IMG/VR virus record: IMGVR_UViG_3300034180_000036
Span: 1-56,503 of that record
Reading direction: 5' to 3' (one strand)
DNA from: a virus
Taxonomy: Duplodnaviria; Caudoviricetes
DNA: 56,503 nt
The position numbers and the translations under genes were made by a program. This document shows positions 53,752 to 56,503 of the stretch, one piece after another. A model generated the notes under the pieces. The model did not search any database and was not told the DNA's origin. It saw nothing but the letters and a program-made list of their open reading frames with translations. Numbering within the stretch: position 1 is the stretch's first letter; each line of letters opens with the position of its first letter.

Positions 53752-54173
53752 CACCCAAGGTGCCTTTCGATCCAGGGCCACGGGGTCGGCGATCGCATCG
53801 CGCGGAAGCGGTTCTCGGCCGCCGTGAAGAGCTGCGCCGAGAACCACCATCCCCACGTCGCGCCGGCGAGCGCGCGCGTGAGCCAGATCCCCGCGCGGCG
53901 CCACGCCGGCCACTCGGCCCACGTCGGCCGAGCCCAATCGGGGAGGTCGACGCCGGTCCGCCCGCGAACGATCGCGCGGAAGGTAGCCCACGGCCGATCG
54001 CGAGCGGGGGCCCCACAGACGTCGCACGTTCCGAGCGGCGGCGCGTGAACATCCATCCGGCGACGAGAGAGGCGCGCGACCGAGCCCCATCCCGCGTTGA
54101 CCCACACGTTTTGGCCGTCGGCGATCACTTCGAACAGCGCGCCATCGCCCATGAGCCAATCGCGTTCGGTCAC
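53751..54173 (-). CDS. Trp-rich hypothetical protein (140 aa)
   Basis: Coupled to both neighbours; DVH...CDVC. Confidence 0.5.
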   Translation of the reverse strand: MTERDWLMGDGALFEVIADGQNVWVNAGWGSVARLSRRRMDVHAPPLGTCDVCGAPARDRPWATFRAIVRGRTGVDLPDWARPTWAEWPAWRRAGIWLTRALAGATWGWWFSAQLFTAAENRFRAMRSPTPWPWIERHLG

Positions 54174-54601
54174 GGCGAAGGCTCCGACGAGACGACGACG
54201 CCGCCCTCGCCCCACTCGGTCTTGCAGTAGCAACACCCGTCGTGGCTCCACGAATGATTGCAGTGATGGCCGCACGCGCGCTCGCTCTTGGGGCAGAGCT
54301 CCGCGTCTTCGCGATGACAGTCCTCGCAACCGGGATCGCGAAGCGCGAGCTCGCCATCGTCGACCTCGACGACCTCGAGCGCGACGGCGGCGCGGATCGC
54401 CGCGAGACACTCGGCGGGGGTGAACTTGCGACGGTACTCTTGGCGGACGCCCGCGATCGCGCCGACAAGGAAGGCGCGCGCGGTTGCGGCGAGCTCGACG
54501 GCGCCGGCCTCTTCGATCATGCGATCGCGCTCGGCTCGACGCTCTTCGCCTTGCTCGCGGATCACGCGCGACCACCCGCCCACGAAGCCCTCGTCGCTCA
54601 T
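54170..54601 (-). CDS. Hypothetical protein with a C-terminal Cys/His cluster (143 aa)
   Basis: ATGA overlap; CEDCH...CPKS..ACGHHCNHSW.HD.CC.C. Confidence 0.6.
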   Translation of the reverse strand: MSDEGFVGGWSRVIREQGEERRAERDRMIEEAGAVELAATARAFLVGAIAGVRQEYRRKFTPAECLAAIRAAVALEVVEVDDGELALRDPGCEDCHREDAELCPKSERACGHHCNHSWSHDGCCYCKTEWGEGGVVVSSEPSP

Positions 54602-54918
54602 CCGTTGGCGACCAGTCCACGGCCGGCGAGGTAGAGCTCCGCCGCGTGCTCGAAGGTCTCGGCGACGCCGACCGCGTTCACGCCCTTGAGCGCCGGGCCC
54701 ATCGCACGGATCGCTTCGCGCGCGGCCTCGAGCTGAATCATCGCGTTCCACTCGTTCACAAGGAACGCGCCCGGATCGTCGCCGCACACGGCGAACAGGT
54801 CGCCGGGCACCTTGAGCTGCGCGAGCGCGCGCGCGCGATCGAAGCCGCTGAAGGCGGCGCTTTCGCGCACGGTCGTCATGGCTTCCTCGATGCGAGGGAT
54901 CGTCACCGCCGTCTTCAT
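54598..54918 (-). CDS. Hypothetical protein (106 aa), leaderless
   Basis: MKTAVTIPR after P15. Confidence 0.6.
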   Translation of the reverse strand: MKTAVTIPRIEEAMTTVRESAAFSGFDRARALAQLKVPGDLFAVCGDDPGAFLVNEWNAMIQLEAAREAIRAMGPALKGVNAVGVAETFEHAAELYLAGRGLVANG

Positions 54919-54966
54919 GCTGATCTTTGTGCGCTCATCCATAGGCACTGTCAAGCACCGTTATGC
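54916..54966 (-). promoter_or_regulatory. Repeat element P15
   Basis: GCAT-AACG-GTGC TTGACA N17 CACAAA N7 ATG(54918). Confidence 0.7.
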
Positions 54967-55049
54967 CGCGTGCCGCGTATCCTTTCGGAATCGCAGTGAA
55001 GAAAGCCAACGCTGCGCGCCCGCACCCCTTTCCCTCGCGACCCCTTTTG

Positions 55050-55238
55050 CTAGACGTCGATCGACTTCTCGAAGTCGCACCAGCGACAGGCCTTGCCGAT
55101 CACCAGGCCGCCGGCCTTGATCCTCACGAGCGCGTAGCCGCGCCCACAAGCCGGGCACCGACGGTCGGCGGCGATGTCGCGCATCCGCCGACGCAGGCCT
55201 GCTTTCCGTCGCCGTTGTGCGTCTGCGTCTCGGCTCAT
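55050..55238 (-). CDS. Small zinc-ribbon protein (62 aa)
   Basis: CPACG...CRWC; ATG 55238 follows P16. Confidence 0.6.
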   Translation of the reverse strand: MSRDADAQRRRKAGLRRRMRDIAADRRCPACGRGYALVRIKAGGLVIGKACRWCDFEKSIDV

Positions 55239-55281
55239 GCGCCCGACAGTGCGGGCCAACCGGGCCAGAAGTCAAGCACGG
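55236..55281 (-). promoter_or_regulatory. Divergent repeat element P16
   Basis: GTGC TTGACT N18 CACTGT N7 ATG(55238); only a half box. Confidence 0.5.
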
Positions 55282-55286
55282 GAACG

Positions 55287-55329
55287 GCGAGACGGGGCCG
55301 GGAGGAGGGCGAAACCGGCCCCGTCTCGC
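55287..55329. repeat. 15-bp perfect inverted repeat (hairpin)
   Basis: GCGAGACGGGGCCGG-GAGGAGGGCGAAA-CCGGCCCCGTCTCGC, intergenic. Confidence 0.8.
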
Positions 55330-55396
55330 TGACGTCGAAGACCGCCCCGTCCGTCGGGAGGGTGTCGATCATCCTGCGCGCGAACGGAAGCGCGCG

Positions 55397-55594
55397 TCAA
55401 CCCCGGCGCCGATTGGAGGCGAGGACCGCGGCGCGCGCGAGCTCCGCCGCCTGATCGGCGAGCCGCTCGAGGTCGACCTCTTCCTCGGGGACCTCGAGCT
55501 CGCGATGAATCACGAGCCGCGCCATCATCGAGCGCGGCGCGCCGTCGCGCCCGACGTACACGGAGATCCGCGCGACGCGACGTTCGTCCTTCAC
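55397..55594 (-). CDS. Hypothetical protein (65 aa)
   Basis: GTGA overlap with the upstream gene. Confidence 0.5.
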   Translation of the reverse strand: MKDERRVARISVYVGRDGAPRSMMARLVIHRELEVPEEEVDLERLADQAAELARAAVLASNRRRG

Positions 55595-55788
55595 CGGTTC
55601 TTCCGCCGCGCGAGACGGGCCCGCTTCGCGGCGGCGCGGCGGCGCGCGCGTTCCTTCGGGTCGAAGCGGGAGGGCTTCGACTGATCGCGCGGCGTTTCCT
55701 TCATCGGGGGCGGGACCAGGTGTTCGAGAAAGTCGAGCGGGTGCGGAACCATGGGGACCATCTTCCTCGGCGCGTGCGCCGTGTTCAA
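55591..55788 (-). CDS. Small basic hypothetical protein (~65 aa)
   Basis: Coupled ORF; C-terminus RRAAAKRARLARRKNR. Confidence 0.45.
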   Translation of the reverse strand: MNTAHAPRKMVPMVPHPLDFLEHLVPPPMKETPRDQSKPSRFDPKERARRRAAAKRARLARRKNR

Positions 55789-56060
55789 GTGCGAGCTCGC
55801 GCCCGCGGGTGAATGATCTCGACCTCGTTGAGGAACGCGGACCAGCGCCAGCCGTCGGCGAAGATCAGGTCGAGCCGCGGGTCCGCGCCCGTCTCGCCGA
55901 TCGGGCAGCCGTCCGGCTCCGCGCCGGTATTCGTGCCCCGCACGATCGCGGGGCGCCCGCGATGCGCCTCGATCTCCGCGAGCACCTCGGCGTCGCGCTC
56001 GGGGTCGAACATCCCGTAATCGTCATCGCCCATGTCGATGAAGCGCACGAAGATCGTCAC
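55785..56060 (-). CDS. Hypothetical protein (91 aa)
   Basis: AAGGGG SD and GTGA overlap; L.FADGW. Confidence 0.55.
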   Translation of the reverse strand: MTIFVRFIDMGDDDYGMFDPERDAEVLAEIEAHRGRPAIVRGTNTGAEPDGCPIGETGADPRLDLIFADGWRWSAFLNEVEIIHPRARART

Positions 56061-56275
56061 AGCGTCTTCCCCTTTCGCTCACGCCGGCGCACCGCGACGA
56101 AGAGCCACGCGACCGCGCCGAAGACACGGACGTCGACGCGCTTGACGCGCACCTGTTCACCCGGCGCCCGCCGCGTTCGCATCTTCGCGGCGGCGCGGCT
56201 CGCCTCGGACATGTCCGCGTGCCCCTCGATCTCGAGCACGGTCCACCGATCGCTGTTGAACGCACAGAGCCTCAC
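56057..56275 (-). CDS. Hypothetical protein (72 aa)
   Basis: GAGGA SD; GTG start overlapping the upstream stop. Confidence 0.45.
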   Translation of the reverse strand: MRLCAFNSDRWTVLEIEGHADMSEASRAAAKMRTRRAPGEQVRVKRVDVRVFGAVAWLFVAVRRRERKGKTL

Positions 56276-56503
56276 GACGGATCCTCGACGAAGACGGCGT
56301 TTCCGAGGTTCACCGAACCGCGGGTGCGGTTCGAGTAGGTCCCGATCGCGAGCGGGTCCAGCCCGAGCCGCCGTGCGAAGTCCGTCGCGACCGTCCAGAC
56401 GTGTTCGGTCTTCGACGGCGAGCCGCCGGCGAGAACCACGTGTCGGCCGGCCATCACGTGCGCGATGGCCAGGCACGCGGTGCGCGTCGTGCGGCCGGTG
56501 CCC
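56272..56503 (-). CDS. Hypothetical protein, probably partial (start beyond the window)
   Basis: Tracked ORF 56272..56457; the frame appears open to the window edge. Confidence 0.4.
   Translation of the reverse strand, partial: GTGRTTRTACLAIAHVMAGRHVVLAGGSPSKTEHVWTVATDFARRLGLDPLAIGTYSNRTRGSVNLGNAVFVEDPS

Noticed and set aside
36588-55281. The repeats as a CRISPR array or integron attC sites
   Set aside because: Spacing is irregular and gene-sized, there are no cas genes or tyrosine integron integrase in the window, and there is no attC-type long imperfect hairpin with RYYYAAC/GTTRRRY ends.
1-56503. tRNA/rRNA genes, att sites, lysis genes and replication genes
   Set aside because: None recognisable by eye in this window; tRNAscan-SE and the flanking sequence would be needed. 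Host and lifestyle cannot be assigned from this window.

Overview
A 56.5 kb, GC-rich segment of a contractile-tailed (myovirus-like) dsDNA phage or prophage, encoded almost entirely on the minus strand. Positions 1-35.3 kb hold a morphogenesis module, read right to left: candidate small terminase, TerL, PBSX-type portal, MuF with ParB-like and zincin domains, a ~1255-aa polyvalent protein (PPase-like + Dam-like MTase + XkdF-type protease), scaffold, major capsid, neck, sheath, tube, a tail chaperone with a -1 slippery site, tape measure, hub, spike, gp25, baseplate J and paralogous Ig/fibre-like proteins. Positions 35.5-56.5 kb are an accessory region of small genes, including a serine recombinase, a TGT/DpdA-like TIM barrel, an XF1762/Mom-like GNAT, an amidoligase with two GGCTs, a C5 DNA methyltransferase, DUF6573-like and ASCH proteins. 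The most striking unannotated signal is a ~50-bp element repeated 16 times (two copies degenerate) across the accessory region: GCRY-N4-RYGC palindrome / TTGAC(T/A) / 17 bp / (C)CG-TACAAC or TATAAC / 6-7 nt / ATG-ACG-ACG. It looks like an operator plus promoter plus leaderless start that divides the region into self-contained cassettes, with near-identical and inverted copies and a serine recombinase inside the array. All family assignments come from motif recognition by eye; no database searches were run.
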